NCBI GenBank assembly: GCA_963844535.1
Contig: CAWJOP010000002.1
Span: 668-64,667, forward strand
Origin: an uncultured Gammaproteobacteria bacterium
GTDB lineage: Bacteria; Pseudomonadota; Gammaproteobacteria; CAWJOP01
Reading direction: 5' to 3'
DNA length: 64,000 nt
Shown here: piece after piece, positions 45,769 through 55,970 of the stretch
Position numbering within the stretch: position 1 is the stretch's first letter
Layout of the letters: each line of letters opens with the position of its first letter
Notes under the pieces: model-generated
The model's database searches: none
Seen by the model: the letters and a program-made list of their open reading frames with translations, nothing else
Told to the model about the DNA's origin: nothing
Program-made: the position numbers and the translations under genes

Positions 45769-47292
45769 ATGCAAAAACACTCACTTAAAAGTTTACTGAA
45801 TTCTTGGATTGAAATCGAAACAAAATATGATGGCTTGATTAATCATTTATCAATGGATAGTCGACATATCCAGCCAGGCGATATCTTTTTTGCTTTAGAA
45901 GGAGGGCAAAAAGACGGTCGCATGTTTGTGCAGCAAGCTGTTGATAAGGGGGCTATAGCTGTTTTGTGTGAGAAAAAAGATCAGGCTGATAGAGCTTCGG
46001 TATTGATTAATATCAATGACAAAAAAATCCCGATGTTTTTTATTGAAAAACTTGAGGAAAAAATCGGTGAAATTGCCGCGAAATTTTATGATTACCCTGC
46101 TAAAAAACTCACGGTGATTGGCGTAACAGGAACCAATGGAAAAACTTCATGTACACAATGGATAGCGAAAGCATTAAATTATTTCAATATACCATGTGGC
46201 GTGATAGGGACATTAGGATATGGGCTCCCTGGCGATTTAAATAGCGCTGAATATACCACGCCGTTTGCTATTGATGTCCAAAGAATACTTGCTGATTTTT
46301 GTGCGAAAGGCGCTAAAGCAGTGGCTATGGAAGTTTCTTCACATGGATTGGTGCAGCATCGTGTTGCTGGGGTAGAATTTAGCTTGGCAACTTTTACTAA
46401 TTTAACCCACGATCACCTCGATTATCATGGCAGTTTAGCTAATTATGCAGCAGCGAAAAAGCAGTTATTTAATTGGCCTTCATTGCAGCAAAGCATTTTT
46501 AATTTAGATGATTTTTATGGACGACTCTGGTTTGTCGAGTATAAAAACCAAAAGCCTTGTTATGGTTATTCATTACAGCCTGATATATGCCAATTATTTT
46601 CTAAAGATTTTTTGGTTTATACACCGAGTTTTTCTTTTTCAGAAAAAAGTATTGAAGCAACGGTGGTTACTCCATGGGGCGAAGGACTGCTCAGTAGCCC
46701 TTTATTGGGCAAATTTAATTTAAGTAATTTGTTGGTGGTTTTAACTAATTTATGTCTTATGGGCGTTGCATTTACAGATGCGCTTTCAGTGATTCCGCTA
46801 TTAGATAGCTTGCCGGGGCGTATGCAAGTGATTAGTGATGAAGGAAAACCTACGGTGGTAATTGATTATTCACATACCCCAGATTCGCTTTTGCATGCAC
46901 TACAAAGTTTACGCGAACATTGCACTGGTAAGCTTTGGTGTGTATTTGGTTGTGGTGGCGATCGAGACAAAACCAAACGACCCATAATGGGAAAAATTGC
47001 TGAGCAACATGCAGATTATGTGATAATTACCGATGATAATCCTCGACACGAAAATCCAAAATCGATTGTTGCGGATATATTGTTAGGTCTTGCTATTGAT
47101 TCGGCGGTAGTTATTGAACACAATCGGCGTTTGGCAATATTGCATGCACTTACTAGCGCAAATGCTGGAGATATTGTATTGATTGCTGGCAAGGGACATG
47201 AGCGCTATCAACAAATTGGCGATGAAAAAATCCCCTTTAGTGATGCAGTTGAGGCACAATTGGTGCTTAAAGCCTGTTCAAAATCTCGCTAG
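45769..47292 (+). CDS. murE: UDP-N-acetylmuramoyl-L-alanyl-D-glutamate--2,6-diaminopimelate ligase
   Basis: 507 aa. P-loop GVTGTNGKTS. DNPR motif (TDDNPRHE). The last 7 codons and the stop lie inside MITE copy 2. Confidence 0.9.
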   Translation: MQKHSLKSLLNSWIEIETKYDGLINHLSMDSRHIQPGDIFFALEGGQKDGRMFVQQAVDKGAIAVLCEKKDQADRASVLININDKKIPMFFIEKLEEKIGEIAAKFYDYPAKKLTVIGVTGTNGKTSCTQWIAKALNYFNIPCGVIGTLGYGLPGDLNSAEYTTPFAIDVQRILADFCAKGAKAVAMEVSSHGLVQHRVAGVEFSLATFTNLTHDHLDYHGSLANYAAAKKQLFNWPSLQQSIFNLDDFYGRLWFVEYKNQKPCYGYSLQPDICQLFSKDFLVYTPSFSFSEKSIEATVVTPWGEGLLSSPLLGKFNLSNLLVVLTNLCLMGVAFTDALSVIPLLDSLPGRMQVISDEGKPTVVIDYSHTPDSLLHALQSLREHCTGKLWCVFGCGGDRDKTKRPIMGKIAEQHADYVIITDDNPRHENPKSIVADILLGLAIDSAVVIEHNRRLAILHALTSANAGDIVLIAGKGHERYQQIGDEKIPFSDAVEAQLVLKACSKSR

Positions 47293-47414
47293 ATTGAGTG
47301 AAAAAAGCTTGATTTTCGAGAATCGCAGCGCAGCATACACAATAGAGGTATGTGAGCAGCGAATCGCAGAAAATCAAACTTTTTTCGCCAAGATAGTAGA
47401 GATTTTGAACAGGC
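47272..47414. repeat. MITE-like palindromic element, copy 2, in the murE-murF junction
   Basis: Ends with GCCTGTTCAAAATCTCGCTAG ... GAGATTTTGAACAGGC. Related to copy 1 at 378..509. Supplies the murE C-terminus (…ACSKSR*). Confidence 0.6.
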
Positions 47415-47437
47415 TTTTAACGAACTAAGTATTAAGA

Positions 47438-48826
47438 GTGAATATCATGAATATTTCATTAAAGAAAATTTGTGCGTGGCTGAATGCGTCACAAAGTTTT
47501 GATGCTCCCTTGAGTAATGCAGTGAGCATTGACTCTCGTAGTTTAGAACCTGGGGCCCTGTTTATCGCTATTTCAGGCGAGCGTTTTGATGGCCATGATT
47601 TTATTTCGCAAGCAGAGGAAAAAGGCGCAGCTGCGGTGATTGCTAGCAGGCCAGTGCAAACTTCACTGCCAACTATCTATGTGGAAGATACGCGAGTTGC
47701 ATTAGGTGAAATTGCAAAAAAATGGCGGGAACAGTGGTCTTTGCCAGTAATTGGTGTTACAGGCAGCTGCGGTAAAACAACGACTAAAAGTATGATAGCC
47801 AGTATTTTACAGCAGCTAGGTCCAACAATTGCGACCATAGGTACGTTGAACAATGATATTGGGCTGCCATTAACCGTGCTGAAATTAACTGCAGAACATT
47901 GTTATGCAGTGTTTGAATTAGGCGCAAATCATTTAGGTGAAATTAGTTATTTAGCTAATATTGCGCGGCCAACAGTTTCATTAATTACCAATGCAGCAGG
48001 TGCTCATCTAGAAGGTTTTGGTAGTCTAGATAACGTTGCGAAAGCCAAAAGTGAAATTTACCAAGCACTTCCGTTAGACGGTGCGGCAGTTTTAAATATA
48101 GATGATAGTTATGCAGATTTTTGGCGAAAAGTCATCGGCGATCGAACCATCATCACATTTAGTGTAACCAATTATGATGCTGATGTTTATGCGCGGGATA
48201 TTAGGTTAGATGAAGAAGGGCGCGCACAATTTTTGTTAGTAACAAAAATAGGAGAAATTTTGATTCGTTTACCGCTGCTTGGTAAACATCATGTCGCTAA
48301 TGCACTGGCTGCTGTTGCTACTTGTTTTGCGATATCTTCTCAGAGCAAAAAACCGCAAGAAAATAGCGAGTTTTTAACAAATATTCAGATAGGATTGGAA
48401 TCATTATCGCCGATTAACAAACGATTGACGCTTAAAAAAGCATTAAGTGGTGCAAAAATTCTTGATGATTCTTATAATGCTAACCCATTATCACTGCATG
48501 CGGCGCTGCTAGTGTTGGCTCATTGCAAAGAGGAGAAAATACTAGTTTTAGGTGATATGGGAGAACTTGGCGAACAAGCGCTGGAGTGCCATAAAGATGT
48601 AGGTCGAAAGGCGCGAGAATTGGGAATTAATGCGCTTTATGCTGTCGGAAAATTAAGTCGTTTTGCGATTGAAACATTTGGTAGAAATGGCTATCACTTT
48701 GAAGACAAACAAAAACTTATTGCGGCAATTCGAGCGGTTTTAACCAATGATGTAGCCGTTTTAGTAAAAGGGTCACGCAGTGCAAAGATGGAAGAAGTCG
48801 TAGCTGCGTTGACGGAAACACAGTAG
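47438..48826 (+). CDS. murF: UDP-N-acetylmuramoyl-tripeptide--D-alanyl-D-alanine ligase
   Basis: 462 aa. P-loop GVTGSCGKTTTK. Follows murE. Confidence 0.9.
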   Translation: MNIMNISLKKICAWLNASQSFDAPLSNAVSIDSRSLEPGALFIAISGERFDGHDFISQAEEKGAAAVIASRPVQTSLPTIYVEDTRVALGEIAKKWREQWSLPVIGVTGSCGKTTTKSMIASILQQLGPTIATIGTLNNDIGLPLTVLKLTAEHCYAVFELGANHLGEISYLANIARPTVSLITNAAGAHLEGFGSLDNVAKAKSEIYQALPLDGAAVLNIDDSYADFWRKVIGDRTIITFSVTNYDADVYARDIRLDEEGRAQFLLVTKIGEILIRLPLLGKHHVANALAAVATCFAISSQSKKPQENSEFLTNIQIGLESLSPINKRLTLKKALSGAKILDDSYNANPLSLHAALLVLAHCKEEKILVLGDMGELGEQALECHKDVGRKARELGINALYAVGKLSRFAIETFGRNGYHFEDKQKLIAAIRAVLTNDVAVLVKGSRSAKMEEVVAALTETQ

Positions 48827-48880
48827 TCAGTATTTGTTGATTAATGCTGAAAAAATAGGGTTTTTTATTCTGGAAAATTT

Positions 48881-49963
48881 ATGTTATTTGAATTAACGCA
48901 ATATCTTAGTAATTATTTTCATGGGTTTCATGTTTTTCAATATCTAACTCTTCGCGCCATTCTTGCCAGTCTGACAGCATTGTTAATTGCGTTGTTATTT
49001 GGACCGTGCATGATTCGTTGGCTAATGCAATATCAGAAGGGTCAGCCAATTCGTGATGATGGTCCGCAAAGTCATTTGAGCAAAGCAGGTACGCCAACAA
49101 TGGGCGGAGCGCTAATTCTGATGGCAGTTATTTTGTCGACACTGTTATGGGCAAATTTAACGAATAAATATGTTTGGGTTGTGCTGGGTGTTACTGCTTC
49201 GTTTGCTGCAATTGGTTGGTATGATGATCACTTAAAACTGGTGATGCGAAACAGTAAAGGATTAGCAGCTAGATGGAAGTATTTGTGGCAATCCATTATT
49301 GCAATTGCGACTGGAATTTATCTTTATGCAACTGCAATTGTTCCAGCCGAAACACAACTTATTGTGCCATTTTTTAAATATGCAGTTGTTTCCTTGGGGC
49401 TTCTCTATATTGTGTTAACTTACCTCGTTATTGTGGGTACAAGTAATGCAGTTAATTTAACTGATGGTTTAGATGGGCTTGCTATTATGCCAACCGTGAT
49501 GGTGGGTGGGGCGCTTGGAATTTTTGCATATGTCGCTGGGAATATCTCATTTTCAAATTATCTCGCTATTCCCTATATTCCGGGCGCTGGGGAATTAGTG
49601 GTTTTTTGCGGTGCTTTAGTTGGCGCAGGTCTTGGATTTCTTTGGTTTAATACTTATCCAGCGCAGATATTTATGGGGGATATTGGCGCCCTCGGATTAG
49701 GTGCTGCACTGGGTGTTATTGCAGTGATTGTCAGACAAGAACTTGCATTTATGATTATGGGTGGAATTTTTGTGATGGAAACTTTGTCAGTTATTTTACA
49801 AGTAGCATCATTTAAATTAACGGGTAAACGAATTTTTAAAATGGCGCCATTACATCATCATTTTGAATTAAAAGGTTGGCCAGAGCCGCGAGTTATTGTG
49901 CGTTTTTGGATTATTACGGTAGTGCTGGTATTAACCGGGTTAGCTACCTTGAAACTGCGTTAA
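48881..49963 (+). CDS. mraY: Phospho-N-acetylmuramoyl-pentapeptide transferase
   Basis: 360 aa. 10 TM helices. Conserved [13 protein letters not shown] and the HHHFE motif. Confidence 0.9.
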   Translation: MLFELTQYLSNYFHGFHVFQYLTLRAILASLTALLIALLFGPCMIRWLMQYQKGQPIRDDGPQSHLSKAGTPTMGGALILMAVILSTLLWANLTNKYVWVVLGVTASFAAIGWYDDHLKLVMRNSKGLAARWKYLWQSIIAIATGIYLYATAIVPAETQLIVPFFKYAVVSLGLLYIVLTYLVIVGTSNAVNLTDGLDGLAIMPTVMVGGALGIFAYVAGNISFSNYLAIPYIPGAGELVVFCGALVGAGLGFLWFNTYPAQIFMGDIGALGLGAALGVIAVIVRQELAFMIMGGIFVMETLSVILQVASFKLTGKRIFKMAPLHHHFELKGWPEPRVIVRFWIITVVLVLTGLATLKLR

Positions 49964-50043
49964 AAAGAGAAAGCGTATTTTTAACTTTAAAAATGCAAGT
50001 TGCAATCGTCAAAATAATCTTTATAATTAATAATACTACTTCC

Positions 50044-50096
50044 CCTGCGGTTTCGTCCGCAGGCCACAACGCCCCTTTATGGGGCGTTTGTTTTTA
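50044..50096 (+). terminator. Tandem hairpins ending in a rho-independent terminator after mraY
   Basis: First hairpin CCTGCGG-tttcgt-CCGCAGG. Second hairpin AACGCCCC-ttta-TGGGGCGTT, followed by TGTTTTT. Confidence 0.65.
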
Positions 50097-50098
50097 AT

Positions 50099-50755
50099 AT
50101 GTCTCAGCATGATATGAAAAAGCGTACGATTATTTATGTCGATGGTTTTAATCTTTATTACGGTTCGCTAAGAAATTCGCCCTATAAATGGCTTGACTTA
50201 AAATCCTTATTTGAAAAATTATTGGGTCATTATCATTTAGTGAGCGAAATTAAATACTTTACTGCGAAAATATCACATCAGAAAGTTAATGATGAAGCTC
50301 CAAAACGGCAAAGTACTTATCTCTATGCCCTTCAAAAACATACGCCTGAGTTAAGCATTTATTATGGTCATTATTTGCAATCTAAAATTAAAGCAAAGTT
50401 GTGTAATCCACCACCAAAGTCATCATCGTATGTAGAAGTCTATAAGACAGAAGAAAAAGGTTCTGATGTAAATTTAGCCCTTCATATGCTAAATGATGCC
50501 TGGTTAGATAAGTATGATTCTGCAGTACTTGTTTCAAATGATAGTGATATTGCTGAGGCATTGCGGTTTATTATTCATGATCACCATAAAGAAATTGGCT
50601 TAATAGTACCTGGCCATGAAAAAGATCGAAGGGTATCAAAGGCACTAAAAAAATATGCGCATTTTATCAAACGTATACGCGCAGGTGTTTTAGCAGATTC
50701 TCAACTTCCTAATCCTATTTTGGGCACACAGCTTTATAAACCAAACACGTGGTAA
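50099..50755 (+). CDS. NYN-domain (LabA/YacP-like, PIN-fold) predicted ribonuclease
   Basis: 218 aa. MKKRTIIYVDGFNLYYG ... EKGSDVNLALHMLNDAW ... DSAVLVSNDSDIAEAL place the conserved acidic residues as in NYN domains. Inserted between mraY and murD. Confidence 0.65.
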   Translation: MSQHDMKKRTIIYVDGFNLYYGSLRNSPYKWLDLKSLFEKLLGHYHLVSEIKYFTAKISHQKVNDEAPKRQSTYLYALQKHTPELSIYYGHYLQSKIKAKLCNPPPKSSSYVEVYKTEEKGSDVNLALHMLNDAWLDKYDSAVLVSNDSDIAEALRFIIHDHHKEIGLIVPGHEKDRRVSKALKKYAHFIKRIRAGVLADSQLPNPILGTQLYKPNTW

Positions 50756-50760
50756 AAAGT

Positions 50761-51165
50761 TTAATTAAACCAGCTATCAAAAAACTTCCTTTCTGTTATA
50801 GTTACTGATTTTTTAGGTTCATTTTTTATAATAGCAGTACACAATTTACCAACTGTAGAATTTGTTGTGGGAAACTGCTGAGAGAGGTAAGGGGCACAGC
50901 TTTGTGTTGTAATCTTAGGAATGATAGAGTTATTTCCCATTGCCATTGAAAAAATTATTAACCCATTTAAGATAAAATAAGTTAGTTTTGATAAATATTT
51001 TAAGGAATAGTTTTCTACAATTATTAACGAAAATAAAAAACTAACGGTTAATGCTGACCATTTTTGTTGAATTGCAAAGTAGAACCAAAATGTATTAGCG
51101 ATACCCATCACTGTAATTCCTACCAGGTATGGTTGCCATACAGCTTTTGGGCTTATGATCTCCAT
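50761..51165 (-). CDS. Hypothetical small membrane protein (134 aa, 3-4 TM helices)
   Basis: ORF with hydrophobic segments. Convergent with the NYN gene. Confidence 0.3.
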   Translation of the reverse strand: MEIISPKAVWQPYLVGITVMGIANTFWFYFAIQQKWSALTVSFLFSLIIVENYSLKYLSKLTYFILNGLIIFSMAMGNNSIIPKITTQSCAPYLSQQFPTTNSTVGKLCTAIIKNEPKKSVTITERKFFDSWFN

Positions 51166-51294
51166 TTTTTAAATCCTTTATCTTTCTTGGAAATTTTTAT
51201 TCCATAATATACTATTAATTCTATGTGACATAGGATTATGTGATGAAATATTTTCCTGAATGTATTGCTCTGGACAGGGTGTTTATTAACCAAA

Positions 51295-52638
51295 ATGAAA
51301 CAAACCTCATCTCAAACTGTTATTATCGGCCTTGGCAAAACTGGCCTATCATGTGCGCATTTTTTGCACGCTCAGCAAGAACCTTTTATAGTGATTGATA
51401 ATCGGAATGATCCACCCGAGTTAGATCAGTTTAAACAAGTTTTTCCCAATGTACCGGTTTATTTAGGAGAGTTTGATCCAAAAGTTTTGCAAACAGCAAA
51501 ACAATTGATTGTTAGTCCAGGGATTTCTTTAAAAGAAAAAGCTATCGCGCAAGCAATTACGCAAGGAATTCCGGCCATTGGTGATATTGAACTTTTTGCG
51601 CGCCACGTAAAATCGCCAGTAATTGCAATTACTGGTTCAAATGCAAAAAGCACAGTGACTACTTTGGTTGGGCAATTATTGCAGAGTATAGGTTTAAAAG
51701 TTGCGGTGGGCGGCAATTTGGGAATTCCTGCGTTAGATCTATTACTAGATCATGCTCCTGATTATTTTGTTTTAGAGCTTTCCAGTTTTCAGTTAGAAGA
51801 AACATTTAGTTTAGCGCCGAAAGTTGCAACTATTCTGAATGTGTCTCCTGATCATATGGATCGTTATCAGACACTAGATGATTATATCGCTGCCAAACAA
51901 AGAGTGTACCATCAAAGTGGCCAGCAAGTGATTAATCGACAAGATCACAACACTCATCCGTGTCATGTTACCAATCTGATTTCTTTTGGATTGGATGCAC
52001 CTTGTGATAATCAATTTGGTTTGCGCGATGATCATGGAGAAACTATATTATGTTTGGGAAAAACCCCACTTTTATCAAGCAAAGAATTATTAATTAAGGG
52101 ACAACATAACTGGGCGAATGCCTTAGCGGCTTTAGCTATTTGTCATGCTATTGGCGTTTCAGTATTTGAATTGTTACCAGCATTGAAAAAATTTTCTGGA
52201 CTTTCGCATCGTTGTGAATTTGTTGCGGAGCACCAACAAGTTAGTTGGTACAATGATTCAAAAGGAACCAATGTTGGTGCAGCAGTTGCCGCACTTTTAG
52301 GCCTTGGTTCAGCGATTTCTGGCAAGTTAATTTGGATTGCTGGCGGTGTTGGTAAAAATGCGGATTTTAGCCCATTGAAAATGCCGGCAAAAAAATATGT
52401 TCGGACAGCCGTTCTAATAGGACAGGATGCGAAATTGATTGAAGAAACTTTACAAACTGATGTTGAAATTGTTCATGCAAATAGTTTAAAAGAAGCAGTA
52501 GAAGAGGCCGCTAAAGCAGCTAAACCGCATGATGCAGTGCTTTTATCTCCAGCTTGTGCTAGTTTTGATATGTTTAAAAATTTTGAACATCGTGGTGAAG
52601 CATTTAAGAACTTAGTACATTGTTTTAAACATGAATGA
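51295..52638 (+). CDS. murD: UDP-N-acetylmuramoylalanine--D-glutamate ligase
   Basis: Starts MKQTSSQTVIIGLGKTGLS at the ATG at 51295. Mur ligase P-loop ITGSNAKST. The listed ORF start at 51265 adds 10 codons. Confidence 0.9.
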   Translation: MKQTSSQTVIIGLGKTGLSCAHFLHAQQEPFIVIDNRNDPPELDQFKQVFPNVPVYLGEFDPKVLQTAKQLIVSPGISLKEKAIAQAITQGIPAIGDIELFARHVKSPVIAITGSNAKSTVTTLVGQLLQSIGLKVAVGGNLGIPALDLLLDHAPDYFVLELSSFQLEETFSLAPKVATILNVSPDHMDRYQTLDDYIAAKQRVYHQSGQQVINRQDHNTHPCHVTNLISFGLDAPCDNQFGLRDDHGETILCLGKTPLLSSKELLIKGQHNWANALAALAICHAIGVSVFELLPALKKFSGLSHRCEFVAEHQQVSWYNDSKGTNVGAAVAALLGLGSAISGKLIWIAGGVGKNADFSPLKMPAKKYVRTAVLIGQDAKLIEETLQTDVEIVHANSLKEAVEEAAKAAKPHDAVLLSPACASFDMFKNFEHRGEAFKNLVHCFKHE

Positions 52639-53857
52639 ATCTAACAATACATCGCAAAAATCTAGTACGCAGCCCGTTTTTTACGATCGCTATCTACTAT
52701 TAACTACACTAGGGTTAGTTACCATTGGGCTACTGATGTTAGCTTCAGCGTCTGTTTCAGTTAGCGATCATTTTTATCATAATCCTTTTCATTTTTTAAT
52801 TCGCCAAGTAAGTTTTCTATTATTAGGTTTGATATTAGCTGTGTTAGTTTTGAAACTCGATTTGAGTATTTGGCAGCGGTTTGGCGGCATATTGCTCATC
52901 ATGAGCATTCTTTTATTAATCGTGGTGCTAATTCCGGGAATTGGTCGGCAAATCAATGGCAGTATGCGTTGGATTGGCATCGGGCCTTTTGGCTTGCAAA
53001 TATCTGAGTTTGCCAAACTTGCGGTAATTATTTATATGGCAGGTTATTTAGTGCGCCATGAAAAATTGGTGCGAGAAAGTAATAGTGGATTTTTAAGGCC
53101 ACTTTTAGTCTTGGGAATTATTGGGCTTTTACTACTGAAAGAACCAGATTTTGGTGCAACCACTGTGATTCTTATCACTTCTCTTGGCATGATGTTTTTA
53201 GCAGGCGCCAGGTTGTGGCAGTTTTTAGTTTTATTTTTGTTAGTCACCATAAGCCTGTTTTTTTTAGCGATTTCTTCTCCTTATCGTTTATTACGACTTA
53301 CCACTTTTTTAAATCCTTGGGCTAATCCATTTGATAGTGGTTATCAATTGACGCAATCGTTAATTGCATTTGGTAGAGGTGGATGGTTTGGAGTGGGTTT
53401 AGGAGAAAGTATTCAAAAACTTTTTTACTTACCTGATGCACACACTGATTTTTTATTTGCAGTTACCGCTGAAGAGTTAGGATTAATTGGTGCAGTGGGA
53501 ATTATTTTTTTATTTATTCTACTCATTGGGCGCACTTTTAATATTGGCAGACAAGCTGAAAAACAAGGCCGACCTTTTGCTGCTTATTTAGCTTATGGCA
53601 TTGGTCTTTGGTTGTCCGTGCAATCCATGATCAACATGGGAGTTAATATAGGTCTTTTACCCACTAAAGGATTAACTTTGCCGCTGATGAGCTATGGTGG
53701 TAGTAGCATGATGATGACTTGCGTAGCAATTGCAATCTTATTTCGGATTGACTATGAGTCTCGCCTGTTAAAAACTGGCAGACGGCCATCGAATTTAACA
53801 CATCAAAGAATGTCGGTGAGGAAGGGAAGTTATCGTATGGGGAGATCGGAATTTTAA
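52631..53857 (+). CDS. ftsW: Peptidoglycan glycosyltransferase FtsW (SEDS family)
   Basis: 408 aa. 10 TM helices. SEDS motifs. Overlaps the murD stop. Confidence 0.85.
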   Translation: MNESNNTSQKSSTQPVFYDRYLLLTTLGLVTIGLLMLASASVSVSDHFYHNPFHFLIRQVSFLLLGLILAVLVLKLDLSIWQRFGGILLIMSILLLIVVLIPGIGRQINGSMRWIGIGPFGLQISEFAKLAVIIYMAGYLVRHEKLVRESNSGFLRPLLVLGIIGLLLLKEPDFGATTVILITSLGMMFLAGARLWQFLVLFLLVTISLFFLAISSPYRLLRLTTFLNPWANPFDSGYQLTQSLIAFGRGGWFGVGLGESIQKLFYLPDAHTDFLFAVTAEELGLIGAVGIIFLFILLIGRTFNIGRQAEKQGRPFAAYLAYGIGLWLSVQSMINMGVNIGLLPTKGLTLPLMSYGGSSMMMTCVAIAILFRIDYESRLLKTGRRPSNLTHQRMSVRKGSYRMGRSEF

Positions 53858-53861
53858 TAGA

Positions 53862-54521
53862 TTATTTTTTAAAAACCTCCACCCCGCTATTTTTCCCCAG
53901 CAACAAAATATCAGCAGTGCGTTTTGCAAAAAGGCCATGACAAACTACGCCGGTAATTTGGTTTAAGCGTTCTTCTAATTTTATCGGTTCTAAGATAGCG
54001 AGGTTATATACATCAAGAATAATGTTGCCGTTATCTGTTACGAAACCTTGTCGATACATCGGATCTCCACCTAACTTAATAATTTCTCTAGCAACTAAAC
54101 TGCGTGCCATAGGAATCACTTCAATAGGTAGTGGAAATTGCCCTAGTAAATCTACTTTCTTGGTTTGATCCGCGATACAAATAAATTTTTTCGCTGCTAC
54201 TGCTAAAATTTTTTCTCGAGTTAAAGCGCCACCGCCGCCTTTGATCATTTGTAGATCACTATTGATTTCATCGGCACCATCGATATAAATCGGCACACTG
54301 TTAACAACATTTAGATCAAACACGGAAAAACCATGAGATTTTAATTTTTCAGCAGTTGCATTGGAGCTGGCAACGCAACCTTCGATTAGATTTTTTTTGG
54401 TTGGCAAGGCATCGATTAAATAGTTGACTGTTGAACCAGTACCAATGCCAATGATCATCTCTTCTTTGATAAAATCTAATGCAGCCTGTGCTGCTTGTTG
54501 TTTTAATTGATCATTGTTCAT
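53862..54521 (-). CDS. rpiA: Ribose-5-phosphate isomerase A
   Basis: Starts [32 protein letters not shown] at the ATG at 54521. Contains the GGGG...T motif ([12 protein letters not shown]). Confidence 0.9.
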   Translation of the reverse strand: MNNDQLKQQAAQAALDFIKEEMIIGIGTGSTVNYLIDALPTKKNLIEGCVASSNATAEKLKSHGFSVFDLNVVNSVPIYIDGADEINSDLQMIKGGGGALTREKILAVAAKKFICIADQTKKVDLLGQFPLPIEVIPMARSLVAREIIKLGGDPMYRQGFVTDNGNIILDVYNLAILEPIKLEERLNQITGVVCHGLFAKRTADILLLGKNSGVEVFKK

Positions 54522-54540
54522 CTGTTTTCTCTGAATGATT

Positions 54541-55323
54541 TTATGAGGAGTTTTCTTTTTTGAATGATGCGCTTTTATTCCCTTTATCATCTGCTGTAGA
54601 TAACATTGGAGTTGGTGCAGCTTCTTTATCTGATAAACCCAGATTTTTACGAATCAAATAATTACGTCTTTGTAGGTAAGCGTCACGTTCAAAAACATAG
54701 GGATCAAAAGATTGTTCGATAACCGGGTCTAAATCTAATAATTGAGTACGAGCATCGATGAAATTTAGCCCTAATAACGCATTACGCAGTGCATCATCAG
54801 GAATGAATGGGTATATAGTCATTTCGTAATAAATAGGCCAGTTAATCGTATCGCGAATGGTGCTTGGTCCTAAAATTGGTAACACAAAATAATTTGAAGA
54901 TGTATACCCCCATCTACCAAGCGTTAAACCAAAATCTTGCGGATTTTTTTCTATACCTGCACAGGTAGCAATATCAATAAATCCACCAAGCCCTATCGTA
55001 CTATTAATCGCAAATCTAGCTAAGTCTCTTCCTGCTCGCGGAAAATTAGCCTGTAGTATGTCATTAATAACGGTAGGAATTTGGCTTAAATTACTGAAAA
55101 AATTATTAACGCCTTTGCGTAAAGGACTCGGCGTTACGTTTTTATAGAGAGTTGCTACCGGCTTAAAAATTAGTTGATCTAATTTTTTATTCATTTTATA
55201 GGCGTGTCGATTGTAATTTTCATAAGGGTCAATAGAATTAGGTTTTATTGGTTCATCTGCGAAAGCAGATTGCAATACCCCAGTTAAAATTAAGATGCCA
55301 ATCCATTTTTTATGCATAAACAA
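54541..55323 (-). CDS. mlaA: MlaA/VacJ-family outer-membrane lipoprotein
   Basis: 260 aa. Signal peptide. Conserved [18 protein letters not shown] and GLTLGRWGY regions. Confidence 0.8.
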   Translation of the reverse strand: MFMHKKWIGILILTGVLQSAFADEPIKPNSIDPYENYNRHAYKMNKKLDQLIFKPVATLYKNVTPSPLRKGVNNFFSNLSQIPTVINDILQANFPRAGRDLARFAINSTIGLGGFIDIATCAGIEKNPQDFGLTLGRWGYTSSNYFVLPILGPSTIRDTINWPIYYEMTIYPFIPDDALRNALLGLNFIDARTQLLDLDPVIEQSFDPYVFERDAYLQRRNYLIRKNLGLSDKEAAPTPMLSTADDKGNKSASFKKENSS

Positions 55324-55324
55324 A

Positions 55325-55780
55325 TTACCTTGTAAAAAATATAAAGAGTTGCAAAATTAAATTTGCATAAATTGCTGCTAGTACATCATCTAACATAATA
55401 CCCAAACCATTTTTAATGTTTTTATCAACCCAGCTAATTGGCCAAGGTTTTTGAATATCAAATAAACGAAAAACTAAAAATCCCAATAATATATTTAATC
55501 CGGAGAACGGAATGGCAAACATAGTAAGCCAAAATCCTACCATCTCGTCCCAAACAATGCTCGGGTGATCGTGCGTGACTAAAGATTTTGATGCTTCTTT
55601 GCATAGCCAAATGCCAATAGTAAAACTCAGTATTAAAAGAATTGCATAAAAGGTCAAGGGAAGCTTATGGATTAATAAATAAAAAGGAATGGCAACAAGT
55701 GTTCCCATTGTGCCAGGAGCAAATGGGATAAGACCAGCGCCAAAACCGGTGGCGAAAAAATTAATCAGTTTTTGTTTCAT
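55325..55780 (-). CDS. pgpA: Phosphatidylglycerophosphatase A
   Basis: 151 aa. The GFGAGL..PGTMGTL N-terminal motif is typical of PgpA. Confidence 0.85.
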   Translation of the reverse strand: MKQKLINFFATGFGAGLIPFAPGTMGTLVAIPFYLLIHKLPLTFYAILLILSFTIGIWLCKEASKSLVTHDHPSIVWDEMVGFWLTMFAIPFSGLNILLGFLVFRLFDIQKPWPISWVDKNIKNGLGIMLDDVLAAIYANLILQLFIFFTR

Positions 55781-55811
55781 AGAGTTAGTCTGTATGCGAC
55801 GATGTTTTAGC

Positions 55812-55933
55812 TTGTCATGCCAGCGCAGGCTGGCATCCAGAAATATTCAACATGGTTACTGGATTGCCGCGCACATCCTGTGCTCGCAATGACGGTCTTA
55901 CGAAGGAATATGCTGGATGCCAGCCTGCGCTGG
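55812..55933. repeat. 122-bp inverted-repeat element: 29-bp arms CTTGTCATGCCAGCGCAGGCTGGCATCCAG / CTGGATGCCAGCCTGCGCTGGCATGACAA around a structured ~63-bp core
   Basis: Arms are exact reverse complements. Each arm holds the palindrome GCCAGCGCAGGCTGGC. The core contains a GCACATCCTGTGC hairpin and a 20-mer also found at 13541..13560. Confidence 0.6.
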
Positions 55934-55970
55934 CATGACAAATTTAAAAAATTATCGTGTATAAATAAAT

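Noticed and set aside
45571-45780. 69-aa ORF at the 5' end of speA
   Set aside because: It overlaps the unsupported N-terminal extension region and promoter of speA in another frame. It has no independent support.
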